64,000 nt of DNA. It comes from a virus. The notes beneath the pieces are model-generated. The model was not told the origin of the DNA. It saw nothing but the letters and a program-made list of their open reading frames with translations, and made no database searches. Numbering within the stretch: the stretch's first letter is position 1; every line of letters starts with the position of its first letter. The translations under genes and the position numbers were made by a program. Where the stretch lies: the IMG/VR virus record IMGVR_UViG_3300036886_000043, positions 1 through 64,000 of that record. One strand, written 5' to 3'. Positions 37,981 through 47,028 of the stretch are shown here, one piece after another.

Positions 37981-39014
37981 TGGAAAACATTCTAGTAACG
38001 GGCGGCGCGGGGTTCATCGGGAGCCATTTGACGGACTACCTGCTCAACCAAGAACACAATGTTGTAGTCCTCGACGACCTCAGCGGAGGGTTCAAGAAGA
38101 ATCTCGAATTTCTACTTTCCGGCAAGTCGTCTGACGAGCCAATTGTGAGGAGGGACTGCATTTTTGTTAAAGGGTCCATCCTCGACGTTCCGCTGGTGGA
38201 CAAGTTGTTCGACCAGTATCGTTTTTCTCGTGTCTACCATCTTGCAGCATACGCAGCGGAGGGGCTTTCTCACTTTATCAAGCGGTTCAACTACCAGAAC
38301 AATCTTATCGGTTCGGTGAACCTCATCAACGCGGCCGTAAAATACGGGACGGAATGTTTTGTGTTCACTTCTTCAATGGCCGTGTACGGGTCGGCCCAAG
38401 TTCCATTTGATGAAAGCATGAGGCCGGCGCCGGAGGACTCCTACGGAATTGCCAAGTATGCGGTAGAGCAGGAATTGGCAATCAGCAAAGATGTGTTCGG
38501 ATTGGACTATGTGATATTCCGTCCGCACAACGTAATTGGAGAGAGGCAGAATATCGGCGACCCCTACCGAAACGTAGTCGGAATTTTCATGAATAAAACT
38601 CTCTTAGGGGAGCCCATGACCATCTTTGGCGACGGAGAGCAGGCCCGAGCTTTCAGTTACATCGGGGACATCGTTCCCACGATTGCGGACTCCCCCTCTA
38701 TTTCGGCGGCAAGGGGGAATATCTTCAACATTGGCGGAGACACGCCCTGCACCATCAATGAACTGGCGAATCTTGTTGCGGAGGCTATGGGTGTTGAAAA
38801 GAAAGTGGTTCACCTGGAAGAGAGGCATGAGGTAAAGTACGCCTACTGCAATCATGACCGAGCCGCCGAAACATTCAACTATGCGCCGCGAACATCGTTG
38901 CGCGATGGGATCTCTCTGATGGCGGAGTGGGTTAAGAGGCATGGTTCGCGGCGGGGAAAGGATTTTGACGGCATTGAAATTACAAAGAATTTACCGACTT
39001 TCTGGAGGAGATAG
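37980..39014 (+). CDS. NAD-dependent nucleotide-sugar epimerase/dehydratase
   Basis: TGGAGFIG, HLAA, SSMAVYG, YGIAK. Confidence 0.92.
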   Translation: MENILVTGGAGFIGSHLTDYLLNQEHNVVVLDDLSGGFKKNLEFLLSGKSSDEPIVRRDCIFVKGSILDVPLVDKLFDQYRFSRVYHLAAYAAEGLSHFIKRFNYQNNLIGSVNLINAAVKYGTECFVFTSSMAVYGSAQVPFDESMRPAPEDSYGIAKYAVEQELAISKDVFGLDYVIFRPHNVIGERQNIGDPYRNVVGIFMNKTLLGEPMTIFGDGEQARAFSYIGDIVPTIADSPSISAARGNIFNIGGDTPCTINELANLVAEAMGVEKKVVHLEERHEVKYAYCNHDRAAETFNYAPRTSLRDGISLMAEWVKRHGSRRGKDFDGIEITKNLPTFWRR

Positions 39015-39016
39015 GG

Positions 39017-39844
39017 ATGGAAATACTGCAAATGTCAGATAGGCCGCTAAGTAGTCGTATGCTGCTTGGAAGACCATCTGCGCGTTGGTTGGGTCAGTCA
39101 GAAAAAACCGGGGAAGGCTGGGGGTATCAGTCATGCTGGTTCTCGCATGATGTAACGGCCGCTAACAGGTATCCCATCTGCGAAGTGTATGACACTCCCA
39201 TGATGGAGGCGTACCAAAAGTGCTTTGAAGCGTCGTTTCGGGAGGGCTGTGAATTCGTTGGAATGATCCACGATGACCTCTCGATTTATGAAATGGGATG
39301 GGACTTGCGCGTTCTGGAAGAATTCGAAGATCCCGAGGTCGGAGCGGTGGGATTCTTTGGGGCGTTCTCTCATTGCCAGCCGCAACTTTATGATGAGCCA
39401 TGCAAGCCGGTGAACTTTACTCGCTCTGGGGTGGTTTCCAACCTGCGCCGCGACGCTCATTTTTGTGGGGAGAGGTACACGGGGTCGTGTGATGTGGCGG
39501 TGTTCGATGGACTGGCCTTGTTCATCCGGCGAGACGCATTAGTTAAGATCAACGGTTGGCCGGTTGGTACTGCAATTCAATACTGGGCGTATGATTATTG
39601 GCTGTCTATGGAGCTTCGACGTATAGGGTATCGCCTGCGCGTGGTTGGAATCGATTGCGACCATTGGAGCGGAAAGGGAATGCCGATCGCTAAACAACTG
39701 GCCGAAGCTGTCGGTAAAATCAACCCCTGCGGCGATGAGGCACACATTCTCGCTCATCAGTATCTCTACGACCTCTACAAAGGAACAGGCGTTATTCCGT
39801 ACACGGTTGTGGACCAACATCGAAAGGAGAAATCTCTTGGATAA
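39017..39844 (+). CDS. Glycosyltransferase-like protein (GT-A)
   Basis: MIHDD, VAVFDGLALF, YD..LS.E. Confidence 0.65.
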   Translation: MEILQMSDRPLSSRMLLGRPSARWLGQSEKTGEGWGYQSCWFSHDVTAANRYPICEVYDTPMMEAYQKCFEASFREGCEFVGMIHDDLSIYEMGWDLRVLEEFEDPEVGAVGFFGAFSHCQPQLYDEPCKPVNFTRSGVVSNLRRDAHFCGERYTGSCDVAVFDGLALFIRRDALVKINGWPVGTAIQYWAYDYWLSMELRRIGYRLRVVGIDCDHWSGKGMPIAKQLAEAVGKINPCGDEAHILAHQYLYDLYKGTGVIPYTVVDQHRKEKSLG

Positions 39845-40526
39845 TCAGGACTACGCAATCTTTTGCCCAGTAGTCAATCGATTTGACTTACTTGACGCGG
39901 CGGTAGCCAGCACTGCGCCATACAACATGACCGTCATCGACAACTCGAACGGGAAGTTAGGTGACCGCTACAAGGGCGCCGAGCATGTCACTGTCTATAT
40001 TCCGTCGGTTCCTCTTACGTTTCAACAGACCTCAAATCTTGAATGTTGGTTGGCGAAACAGCGTGGTGCGAAGTATTACGTTCACATGCACTCTGATGCT
40101 CAGTTCCCGACAGAGCGCATTGGCGAACTACTGGATATTGCACGCAGGGCCGATGGAAAGCGGTGGCTGGTAATCTTCACGCTCTATGACATTCTCTGCG
40201 TCTACAATGTCGCCGCGATGGAAGACCTGGGGGGCTATGACGCGCATCTCTTCCATCTTTACCACGGGGACAACGATCTTTGGCGAAGGGCGAAACTTTC
40301 CGGGTATGAGCGCATCGAGGCCGGTGGGGAAGGCATCATTCACAATGGAGGAGGGTCGGCAACAATCAACTCCGATTCGCGTTGGAAAATCTGCAACGAC
40401 AATCAATTTCCGTTATCGGCGGAAATTTTCAGGCGCAAGTGGGGAGGCAATCCCGAGCATGAGACTTACACTGCTCCCTTCAACCGGCCAGACGTATTTA
40501 CCGACATGAAGCCTGTCATCCCATAG
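39837..40526 (+). CDS. Glycosyltransferase-like protein (GT-A)
   Basis: TTG start after AAGGAG; VIDNS, MHSD, GGYD..F..Y..D.D, RKWGG. Confidence 0.65.
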   Translation: MDNQDYAIFCPVVNRFDLLDAAVASTAPYNMTVIDNSNGKLGDRYKGAEHVTVYIPSVPLTFQQTSNLECWLAKQRGAKYYVHMHSDAQFPTERIGELLDIARRADGKRWLVIFTLYDILCVYNVAAMEDLGGYDAHLFHLYHGDNDLWRRAKLSGYERIEAGGEGIIHNGGGSATINSDSRWKICNDNQFPLSAEIFRRKWGGNPEHETYTAPFNRPDVFTDMKPVIP

Positions 40527-40564
40527 GGTTCCAAAATTTGGAGTGGACGTTGAATCTTCAGAGA

Positions 40565-40729
40565 ATGACAAACCGGGATCTATGGAACGAATGGACTGAA
40601 GCCCTGGAGTCCGCGGCATTGGATGAGAGCAACGACTCCGCGAAGCGCCGGGAAGAGCAGTGCTTGAACGAGATCATCAGACGGATGCAGGAAGCGTCCA
40701 CGAGGCCGCTGGTGCGGCAGGAGGCATGA
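40565..40729 (+). CDS. Hypothetical protein
   Basis: Short ORF. Confidence 0.45.
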   Translation: MTNRDLWNEWTEALESAALDESNDSAKRREEQCLNEIIRRMQEASTRPLVRQEA

Positions 40730-41001
40730 TGGGAAATGAAGTCATTGTCGAAGAGCACGAGAACATACGGCCTACGTGGAAGGTGTCCTGTAATATCGGG
40801 ACATTGTTGTTTACTGGATGGAAAAAGGGGTGCGCTCAGTTACAATGGACTCCGCCTGATGATATTCATTGCTTGCAGTGTTACGTGAATTTCTCTCCGG
40901 CGCCGAAAATGTGGAGGATTGTCGAAATTCTGAATCGCTTTATACGCCAAGAGTCGCACAGAGAAGACATCGTGGTAAAGGCTCAGGAGGTGCAGGCGTG
41001 A
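40726..41001 (+). CDS. Hypothetical protein
   Basis: AGGAGG RBS. Confidence 0.5.
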   Translation: MMGNEVIVEEHENIRPTWKVSCNIGTLLFTGWKKGCAQLQWTPPDDIHCLQCYVNFSPAPKMWRIVEILNRFIRQESHREDIVVKAQEVQA

Positions 41002-41228
41002 GTCGTGAAGTTATAGTCCGCGACGAGTTCTATCGGTTAGGGAAAGAGGTTCGGCAACGCCGATGGATAGGCGGTGTGCTGATATTTGATATTGGTTCTC
41101 CGGTTGTCGCCGTGGACTGCTGGAACCTCCAGAGCGCGTGGACTACTCTTGTGAAGCTGCCAGCCGCTCTTATGAAAGAGGGACCAAAGTCCCTGATGAT
41201 TAAGAAATCTGTAGCATCTACGGCTTAG
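40998..41228 (+). CDS. Hypothetical protein
   Basis: AGGAGG RBS, GTGA coupling. Confidence 0.5.
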   Translation: MSREVIVRDEFYRLGKEVRQRRWIGGVLIFDIGSPVVAVDCWNLQSAWTTLVKLPAALMKEGPKSLMIKKSVASTA

Positions 41229-41247
41229 ACAGCGGTACGATACACCT

Positions 41248-44200
41248 ATGCCGGACGCTGTTTACAAAGAGTACCCTCTCATCTTCCAAAGCAAGGGAAT
41301 CTTCGCCCGCCAGGTCGATGACCTTGTGGACCCGCAAGGGCTTTTGAATGAGGATAATGTTGAGGAGTTGGCAGAAGGCGCTTATGCTCAAAAATTGGGC
41401 AGTGTCCTCGTAAACGCCCAGGGGACCATCGGCCAGCCGGTCTACCCGTTATCGGGGAAAGTGGTCAGCCTATCCAAATTAGGCCAGTTGGCGGGGGCAT
41501 ACGCAAGATATGCGGTTACGGCAGACGGGGCTCTCTGGCGCAGATCGTTGCTTTCGGCGGGGCAGTTCACAAAGATTTCTACATCCTTCAGCGGGAGCCC
41601 TTGCTCGATTCAGTCTTACTGCAACACGGATTTTACCTCAGTATCGACGGAATTTTTTGCAGACGCCGCAGGGATGTTCAAGGACGACGGAACCTTTGCG
41701 GCTCCACAGCAGATGGGCATCTTCCAGCCCCAGTTTCCAGTGCAGGCGCAGGCGCAGCCGCCCTCATCCGTGATACTTGACAACTATGTGACCTCGGCGG
41801 GGAGCTATTCATACACCGGGATCTCTGGAGGAACCAACGCAGGATACGTGAATACGACGATCCCTGCTGGAGTTCCCGCCGCAGGGCTTCAATCGGTAAC
41901 GGTGGTCGATCCTACGCAGCCGGGCCTATTCCAGCTTTTGACTGTTGACTCAGGCGGAAATGCGGAGACGGTCCTTGTCCTCTTAGTGACTCCCACGGGG
42001 TTTGTGGCGAACTTCACAAAGATTCACTCAAGTGGAGTCACGGTCACGAGCGCAGACCTCTCGGTTTCGGTTCCTGCAAGCACTACGGCAACAATAAGTG
42101 CCTCATTCGGCATCCTTCCATGTGGGGCTAAACCGATACTTGTGAACTGGCCCGTTACAAACCAGCCACTACAGCAAGCGGACTACCTTGGCTTGTATCT
42201 TTTTGTCAGTGATCCAACCCAGATACAGAGCATCACGCTCAAGCTCGATTGCGGGGATGGTTCATTCGATAGTGATTATTTCTACAAGGTCATTGCTCAA
42301 GGTCCACTCCAAAATTTGGTATCTTCGGCAACCTCTTCAACAGACCCAACAACTGCATTGACGGACGCGCTCCTGTCAGACAGCCTCAATCTCTACGGCA
42401 ACCAAGCCGGAGGGATCGGTGAACTGAATACCGGGCTCGACAACTGGACACCGCTCCTCTTTCAACTCTCCGACTTTGCCGGCTCAGGCCGTGCGGACTT
42501 CAACGATCCGGTCTACAACTGGGCCAACGTCAACGGCTACCAGATTCAGATTGTCACCAACGACAACACGAGCGTGACGGTCAATCTTGCGGCCCTGGTG
42601 CTCTTTGGCGGAGCCGGTCCAGATACGCTCGGAGGCGTAGCTTACGACTACGTGTGGACGTTTTTCAATCCGGTGGATGGAACAGAGTCAAACCCGTCAA
42701 TGATTGTGACGAACCAGAACCCGCCGAATCAGACGAACCGGGTCTATCCGCGGCGCCAGCCGGTGTTGTTGAACATGGACGTTACCACTTACGGACCATT
42801 AGGGCAGTTGCAAGACGGTCAGATCGGGTATCTGAGAATCTACAGGCGAGGTGGAACACTCGGGGACAACTTCCGAAGGGTAGATCAAATTCCGGTCAAC
42901 ATAGCGGCCGGGGGAATCGTCCAGTACATCGACACAGCGCCGGACTACCTAGTAGCCGGAGCAGATATTGTCTCGTTTACCAACGATGTTCCGGTCCCGA
43001 GCCTACTCCCGGTCCCGGTCAACACGACATTGATGACTCCGATCTATACAGAAAATCAGGTGACGAACGTCTTCCCTGTGTCGATGGCAAACATCTCTGT
43101 GCGCCAGCAGGTAACAATCGGAAGTCCTACTGCAATAGCAAACAACTTTGAAACCGTAATTGTTCTAACCCTCGACGAAGCAAGTTTTACTGCGTTTGTG
43201 CAAAACGCTCATGCGGCTGGAGAGCCGGTACAGGCAAGCTATCAGGTAGGCCAGCCGGTTTATGGAATGGTCATAGCCTTCAACAAGGCATGGTATTGGG
43301 GAGATCCGAATAACCCGTCTACCCTCTACTTCAGCACCGGAAATGCTCCGCAGTACGTGGGAGAGGCGAACAACGTCATTGTCTCCACCCCGGACGACTA
43401 CATCACAACAGTTAAGCCTTACAAGGGAAACATCTTCGTCAGTTGCGTCAAAAGCGGGTGGTGGATGATTCCTCCGGGCTCTCCTGCCAGCCAGCCGCCG
43501 TATCCTACGGCCTGCGTACATGGCTGCGTGGCTCCGTTCGGGGCCGTGGCGACAGAGGAAATGATTCTCTATCAGGCGGCGGACGGAATACGCGCTTTCG
43601 CTGGAGGGGCATCGGAGTATATGAGTCTCCCGATTGAATTCATTTTTCAAGGCGTGGGTTCTACTCCGATTGTCGAAGCGGATCAAACGAAGTTGTCTCA
43701 GACGGTGGCCGCGTATTGGAACTCGATGGTATTTTTCAGCTACATCGGGACGGATGGGAACCGGCATCGAGTGATTGCCCACGCTCAATACAAGAGGTTC
43801 AGGAATGACGACGTGGACGCTCAATGCCTCTTGCTTGAGGCCGACACGAATCAGTTGCTCTATGGAGACTCAAACGGACTGGTTCACATCGACCGTCAGA
43901 ACCTTCCCTATGACCAGGTAAACAGCGGCGGTGTGCTGGCCGCGGGACCGATTGCGATCAATTTGCAAACAGCCTATAGCTTCCAAGGAAGCCCCGCGAA
44001 CCAGAAACAGTATCAGGCCGTTCAGATCGACTGCAACACAGGGGGCCAAACGCTCAACGTCAACCTTCTCTTCAATGATGGAGAGATCACAGTCGCGCTC
44101 GGAACGATCAGCAATGCACAGCGCGGCAAGATCAATCTGCCAGTGAACTTAGGGTTGGGCCAACAGGCGTATAAGATTTCGCTTCAGATCACCGGCAACG

Positions 44201-44589
44201 TGTCTGCCTTCGCGTACCTCTATCAAGCCGCAGTTGAGGCTCTGGTGCTGCCGAGGACGCGGAAAACCGTAGATACCTACGACCTGAATTGCGGATTTGC
44301 AGACTCGAAATACTGCAAGGATTTTTGGGCACAGTACACGGCTACGGCTCCGATCAACGTGCAAGTGTATTATGACGACAACGCAACCCCAGGGTTCACT
44401 TTCACGATGCCTCAAGCCGGAGGCGTCAGGAACCCTCTTAGGGTAAGATTACCGGCAGTCTCATTCAGGACGATCCGCGTGGTAGCGGAATCGACAGGGG
44501 ACTTTCTCTGGTGGCCCGATACCTGTCTTTGGGTCAAGCCCCAGTGCGCTTCGAGGGGCTATGAGAAGGTGTTGATTGTTGAGAACTAA
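41248..44589 (+). CDS. Tail nozzle/tubular protein B-like virion protein
   Basis: 1113 aa beta-rich; Y.Y..TF....GTESNPS, IYRRGGT, LYFS, HGCVAP beta-propeller patterns. Confidence 0.7.
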   Translation: MPDAVYKEYPLIFQSKGIFARQVDDLVDPQGLLNEDNVEELAEGAYAQKLGSVLVNAQGTIGQPVYPLSGKVVSLSKLGQLAGAYARYAVTADGALWRRSLLSAGQFTKISTSFSGSPCSIQSYCNTDFTSVSTEFFADAAGMFKDDGTFAAPQQMGIFQPQFPVQAQAQPPSSVILDNYVTSAGSYSYTGISGGTNAGYVNTTIPAGVPAAGLQSVTVVDPTQPGLFQLLTVDSGGNAETVLVLLVTPTGFVANFTKIHSSGVTVTSADLSVSVPASTTATISASFGILPCGAKPILVNWPVTNQPLQQADYLGLYLFVSDPTQIQSITLKLDCGDGSFDSDYFYKVIAQGPLQNLVSSATSSTDPTTALTDALLSDSLNLYGNQAGGIGELNTGLDNWTPLLFQLSDFAGSGRADFNDPVYNWANVNGYQIQIVTNDNTSVTVNLAALVLFGGAGPDTLGGVAYDYVWTFFNPVDGTESNPSMIVTNQNPPNQTNRVYPRRQPVLLNMDVTTYGPLGQLQDGQIGYLRIYRRGGTLGDNFRRVDQIPVNIAAGGIVQYIDTAPDYLVAGADIVSFTNDVPVPSLLPVPVNTTLMTPIYTENQVTNVFPVSMANISVRQQVTIGSPTAIANNFETVIVLTLDEASFTAFVQNAHAAGEPVQASYQVGQPVYGMVIAFNKAWYWGDPNNPSTLYFSTGNAPQYVGEANNVIVSTPDDYITTVKPYKGNIFVSCVKSGWWMIPPGSPASQPPYPTACVHGCVAPFGAVATEEMILYQAADGIRAFAGGASEYMSLPIEFIFQGVGSTPIVEADQTKLSQTVAAYWNSMVFFSYIGTDGNRHRVIAHAQYKRFRNDDVDAQCLLLEADTNQLLYGDSNGLVHIDRQNLPYDQVNSGGVLAAGPIAINLQTAYSFQGSPANQKQYQAVQIDCNTGGQTLNVNLLFNDGEITVALGTISNAQRGKINLPVNLGLGQQAYKISLQITGNVSAFAYLYQAAVEALVLPRTRKTVDTYDLNCGFADSKYCKDFWAQYTATAPINVQVYYDDNATPGFTFTMPQAGGVRNPLRVRLPAVSFRTIRVVAESTGDFLWWPDTCLWVKPQCASRGYEKVLIVEN

Positions 44590-44615
44590 GGTGTATGCTG
44601 TATCTGAGGTGATTT

Positions 44616-44783
44616 ATGCTCAACATCATTTTGGTAATTCTGATGTTTCTGTGCGGATTTGGCGGATATGCGATCCCAGTTACGCAGCCGGCCGGTTTCC
44701 GGTATGGCGTCGGTCTTCTCGGCGCTGTGCTTTTTATCTTGTTTTGCCTCATCAACCTTGGCCTGATTCACCCAGGGCTATAA
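44616..44783 (+). CDS. Small two-TM membrane protein
   Basis: GAGG RBS; MLNIILVILMFLCG...GLLGAVLFILFCLINLG. Confidence 0.6.
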   Translation: MLNIILVILMFLCGFGGYAIPVTQPAGFRYGVGLLGAVLFILFCLINLGLIHPGL

Positions 44784-44786
44784 GCG

Positions 44787-44951
44787 ATGATTATCTTGCT
44801 CATCATTGTTCTAGTTCTGCTCTTTGGCGGCGGCTTCGGTTACTACGGCCACACTCAATGGGGCGCGAATAACGTCTATGCAGGGCCGGGAATCGGCCTT
44901 GGAACCATCCTGATTATCCTGCTGATTCTGTTCCTGCTCGGCGTCATTTGA
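44787..44951 (+). CDS. DUF3309-like small membrane protein
   Basis: MIILLIIVLVLLFGGGFGYYG...WG...GIGLGTILIILLILFLLG. Confidence 0.65.
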   Translation: MIILLIIVLVLLFGGGFGYYGHTQWGANNVYAGPGIGLGTILIILLILFLLGVI

Positions 44952-45046
44952 GTCGTGTCCGCATGTGCATGTAGGACAGTGTTTAGTCGTTCCCGCTCTG
45001 TGGAAATCTCTCCGGTTGTCGAGAAGGGGTTACTATTCAGGTAGCC

Positions 45047-45075
45047 TTGACGCAAATCATTTTCCGTGCGATGAT
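45047..45075 (+). promoter_or_regulatory. Promoter of tRNA block 1
   Basis: TTGACG-17-GATGAT with TGn extension; ATG 6 nt after the -10. Confidence 0.7.
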
Positions 45076-45081
45076 TTTGAT

Positions 45082-45153
45082 ATGAGATTTGACCGCAACA
45101 GTTTATGCCTCTCCTATTCACTCCTGTCGAGTGACGGGGAGGCTGCGGTCTGA
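45082..45153 (+). CDS. Attenuator leader peptide 1 MRFDRNSLCLSYSLLSSDGEAAV
   Basis: 11 consecutive Ser/Leu/Cys/Tyr codons; precedes terminator and the Leu/Cys/Ser/Tyr tRNAs. Confidence 0.8.
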   Translation: MRFDRNSLCLSYSLLSSDGEAAV

Positions 45154-45180
45154 TTCCAAAGTTTGGAATTTCAGCGAAGC

Positions 45181-45204
45181 GGCCTCCAGAAATGGAGGCT
45201 TTTT
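45181..45204 (+). terminator. Attenuator terminator 1
   Basis: GGCCTCCA-GAAA-TGGAGGCT-TTTT; alternative pairing 45138-45146 with 45179-45187. Confidence 0.85.
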
Positions 45205-45209
45205 GTTGT

Positions 45210-45293
45210 GCGGGATTGGCGAAACGGCAGCCGCGCCCGATTTAAGATCGGGTGTCTTAGGACGTGGGAGTTCAAGTCTCCCATCCCGCACCA
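45210..45293 (+). tRNA. tRNA-Leu(TAA)
   Basis: Cloverleaf, long variable arm, encoded CCA. Confidence 0.9.
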
Positions 45294-45294
45294 T

Positions 45295-45371
45295 GTATCG
45301 GAAGGTAAAGTTTTGGAACCAGTGGTCCGCAAAACCACTTTTAGCCGGTGGGACTCCGGCCCGGTACTCCA
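45295..45371 (+). tRNA. tRNA-Cys(GCA), atypical T-loop
   Basis: GTGGT-CCGCAAA-ACCAC; U73; CCA. Confidence 0.8.
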
Positions 45372-45383
45372 AAGTTTAGTAGT

Positions 45384-45462
45384 GCTCGCGTAGCCCAATT
45401 TGGCAGGAGGCACTTCATTCAAAACGAAGACAGTGCTGGTTCAAATCCAGCCGCGAGTACCA
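45384..45462 (+). tRNA. tRNA-Leu(CAA), short variable region
   Basis: Loop TTCAAAA; TTCAAAT T-loop; CCA. Confidence 0.85.
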
Positions 45463-45470
45463 AAATATGT

Positions 45471-45549
45471 GCCCCGTTAGCCCAATTGGCAGGAGGCGTC
45501 TGACTTAGGATCAGAACAGTGATGAGTTCGAATCTCTCACGGGGTACCA
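45471..45549 (+). tRNA. tRNA-Leu(TAG), short variable region
   Basis: TCTGA-CTTAGGA-TCAGA; CCA. Confidence 0.85.
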
Positions 45550-45593
45550 AAATTTAGATTGCAACGGGTACCAATCTACTGTAAAATATTGGT

Positions 45594-46193
45594 ATGAATG
45601 GTGATTCGAGTATTTGCAATGGATGTGGTTTAAGTGAGCCAGAAGTGAGATTTCGATTGCGGAAGGCGAACGGGAAAACTTACAGAAAACACTTGTGTAC
45701 AAAATGTGATGATGAATATCAAAAGAAGTACACTAAACCTCAAGGCGTAAAAGATAGGAATAGAAAATCGTATCTGAAAAGAAAGGAGAGAAGAGCACGG
45801 GGAGAAATAGTCGAGATTTTCCTTCTTGAGGACTGTCGAAGAATTGACAGAAAAAAAGGTATCAAATCCGATTTAGACTCTGAATATATTGCGGAGATAA
45901 TAAAGGATGGATGCGCGTATTGCGGAGATATAGAATCACGCATTGGGCTTGATCGGATAGATAATTCACTGGGCCACATGAAGGGAAATGTTAACGCCTG
46001 TTGTATGAGATGTAATCTTATTCGTAGGGATATGCCATACGAAGCATGGCTGATTGTAGCGCCCACGATGAAGATTGCGAGAGAATCAAAAGCGTTTGGG
46101 AATTGGAATGTGCTTTTTGGAAACAAGAAGAAAACGGAGCGCGGGCCGGACGATAAGGCAACGGGTTGCTACCCCGCACAGCCGCAAGGCTGA
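45594..46193 (+). CDS. HNH-type endonuclease inside tRNA array
   Basis: CAYCG...GLDRIDNSLGH...NVNACC..CN; AT-rich; own promoter TTGCAA-17-TAAAAT at 45559-45587. Confidence 0.8.
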   Translation: MNGDSSICNGCGLSEPEVRFRLRKANGKTYRKHLCTKCDDEYQKKYTKPQGVKDRNRKSYLKRKERRARGEIVEIFLLEDCRRIDRKKGIKSDLDSEYIAEIIKDGCAYCGDIESRIGLDRIDNSLGHMKGNVNACCMRCNLIRRDMPYEAWLIVAPTMKIARESKAFGNWNVLFGNKKKTERGPDDKATGCYPAQPQG

Positions 46194-46221
46194 CTGAGTT
46201 TGACTCTCAGGCGCTCCGCCA
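46136..46221 (+). tRNA. tRNA-Ser(GCT)
   Basis: Long variable arm, G73, CCA. Confidence 0.85.
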
Positions 46222-46225
46222 GTTC

Positions 46226-46310
46226 GGAAGGTACCGCTGAAAGGTCGGCAAACGGTCCTGAAAACCGTGGCTCCTTCGGGATGGGCGTTCGATTCGTCTA
46301 CCTTCCGCCA
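46226..46310 (+). tRNA. tRNA-Ser(TGA)
   Basis: ACGGT-CCTGAAA-ACCGT; long variable arm; G73. Confidence 0.85.
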
Positions 46311-46315
46311 AGTTT

Positions 46316-46402
46316 GGGAGTGATGCTCTGTAGGGAGAGCAGCAGGCCGTAACCCTGCCGTCACTTGTGGCATAGGGGGTTCGATTCCCTCCACTCCCAC
46401 CA
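46316..46402 (+). tRNA. tRNA-Tyr(GTA)
   Basis: GCAGG-CCGTAAC-CCTGC; long variable arm. Confidence 0.85.
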
Positions 46403-46405
46403 TAC

Positions 46406-46434
46406 TTGTCAACACGGAAGAGTAGTGGTATACT
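46406..46434 (+). promoter_or_regulatory. Internal promoter for fMet/Asp/Glu tRNAs, no leader peptide or terminator
   Basis: TTGTCA-17-TATACT with TGn extension. Confidence 0.7.
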
Positions 46435-46439
46435 GAAAT

Positions 46440-46514
46440 CGCGGGTTGGTAGCGCAGCGTCATACGTCAGGCTCATACCCTGAAGATCCGGTGCAAATCC
46501 GGTACCCGCAACCA
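46440..46514 (+). tRNA. tRNA-Met(CAT), initiator-like
   Basis: C1:A72 mismatch; TCAGG-CTCATAC-CCTGA. Confidence 0.8.
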
Positions 46515-46515
46515 A

Positions 46516-46591
46516 GGTCACGTCGTCTAACTGGAAGGATACTTCCCTGTCTAGGAAGCTGGCGCGGGTTCGATTCCCGTCGTGATCGCCA
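46516..46591 (+). tRNA. tRNA-Asp(GTC)
   Basis: CTTCC-CTGTCTA-GGAAG; G73. Confidence 0.9.
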
Positions 46592-46597
46592 AGTTTA

Positions 46598-46676
46598 GCC
46601 GATGCACTCTGTACTGGATTCGGAGCACTCCCCTTCAAGGAGTTGGATGCGAGTTCGATTCTCGTCGTCGGCGCCA
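46598..46676 (+). tRNA. tRNA-Glu(TTC)
   Basis: ACTCC-CCTTCAA-GGAGT. Confidence 0.85.
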
Positions 46677-46684
46677 AGTTTTAC

Positions 46685-46761
46685 GGGGTCACCGTCTAAT
46701 TGGTCTGGACGCCAGATTCTCAATCTGGAAACTGTGAGTTCGATCCTCACTGGCCCTACCA
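46685..46761 (+). tRNA. tRNA-Glu(CTC)
   Basis: CCAGA-TTCTCAA-TCTGG. Confidence 0.9.
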
Positions 46762-46770
46762 GAAAATGAT

Positions 46771-46799
46771 TTGACAGAAATTGCGAACGGCGGTACAGT
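46771..46799 (+). promoter_or_regulatory. Promoter of tRNA block 2
   Basis: TTGACA-17-TACAGT. Confidence 0.8.
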
Positions 46800-46809
46800 A
46801 GAAAACGAG

Positions 46810-46878
46810 ATGAAAAACCGAGTCAATCACGGATTTACACCAGCGACGGCGCAACCGACGCAGGGTAATCCTATGTAG
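46810..46878 (+). CDS. Attenuator leader peptide 2 MKNRVNHGFTPATAQPTQGNPM
   Basis: Contains codons for all 12 downstream tRNAs; followed by antiterminator/terminator. Confidence 0.85.
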   Translation: MKNRVNHGFTPATAQPTQGNPM

Positions 46879-46903
46879 CGGCTCGTGGAGTTTGAAGCAA
46901 AGC

Positions 46904-46935
46904 GCCCACCGAGCCAATCAGCCGGTGGGTTTTTT
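46904..46935 (+). terminator. Attenuator terminator 2
   Basis: GCCCACCG/CGGTGGGT + T-run; alternative pairing 46880-46888 with 46906-46915. Confidence 0.85.
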
Positions 46936-46943
46936 GTTGATGT

Positions 46944-47019
46944 TCCAGCGTAGCAAAAAGGTAATGCGCCGCACTGTTAATGCGGAAATGTGCAGGTTCG
47001 AGTCCTGCCGCTGGAGCCA
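46944..47019 (+). tRNA. tRNA-Asn(GTT)
   Basis: CCGCA-CTGTTAA-TGCGG. Confidence 0.92.
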
Positions 47020-47028
47020 GTTTGAAGT

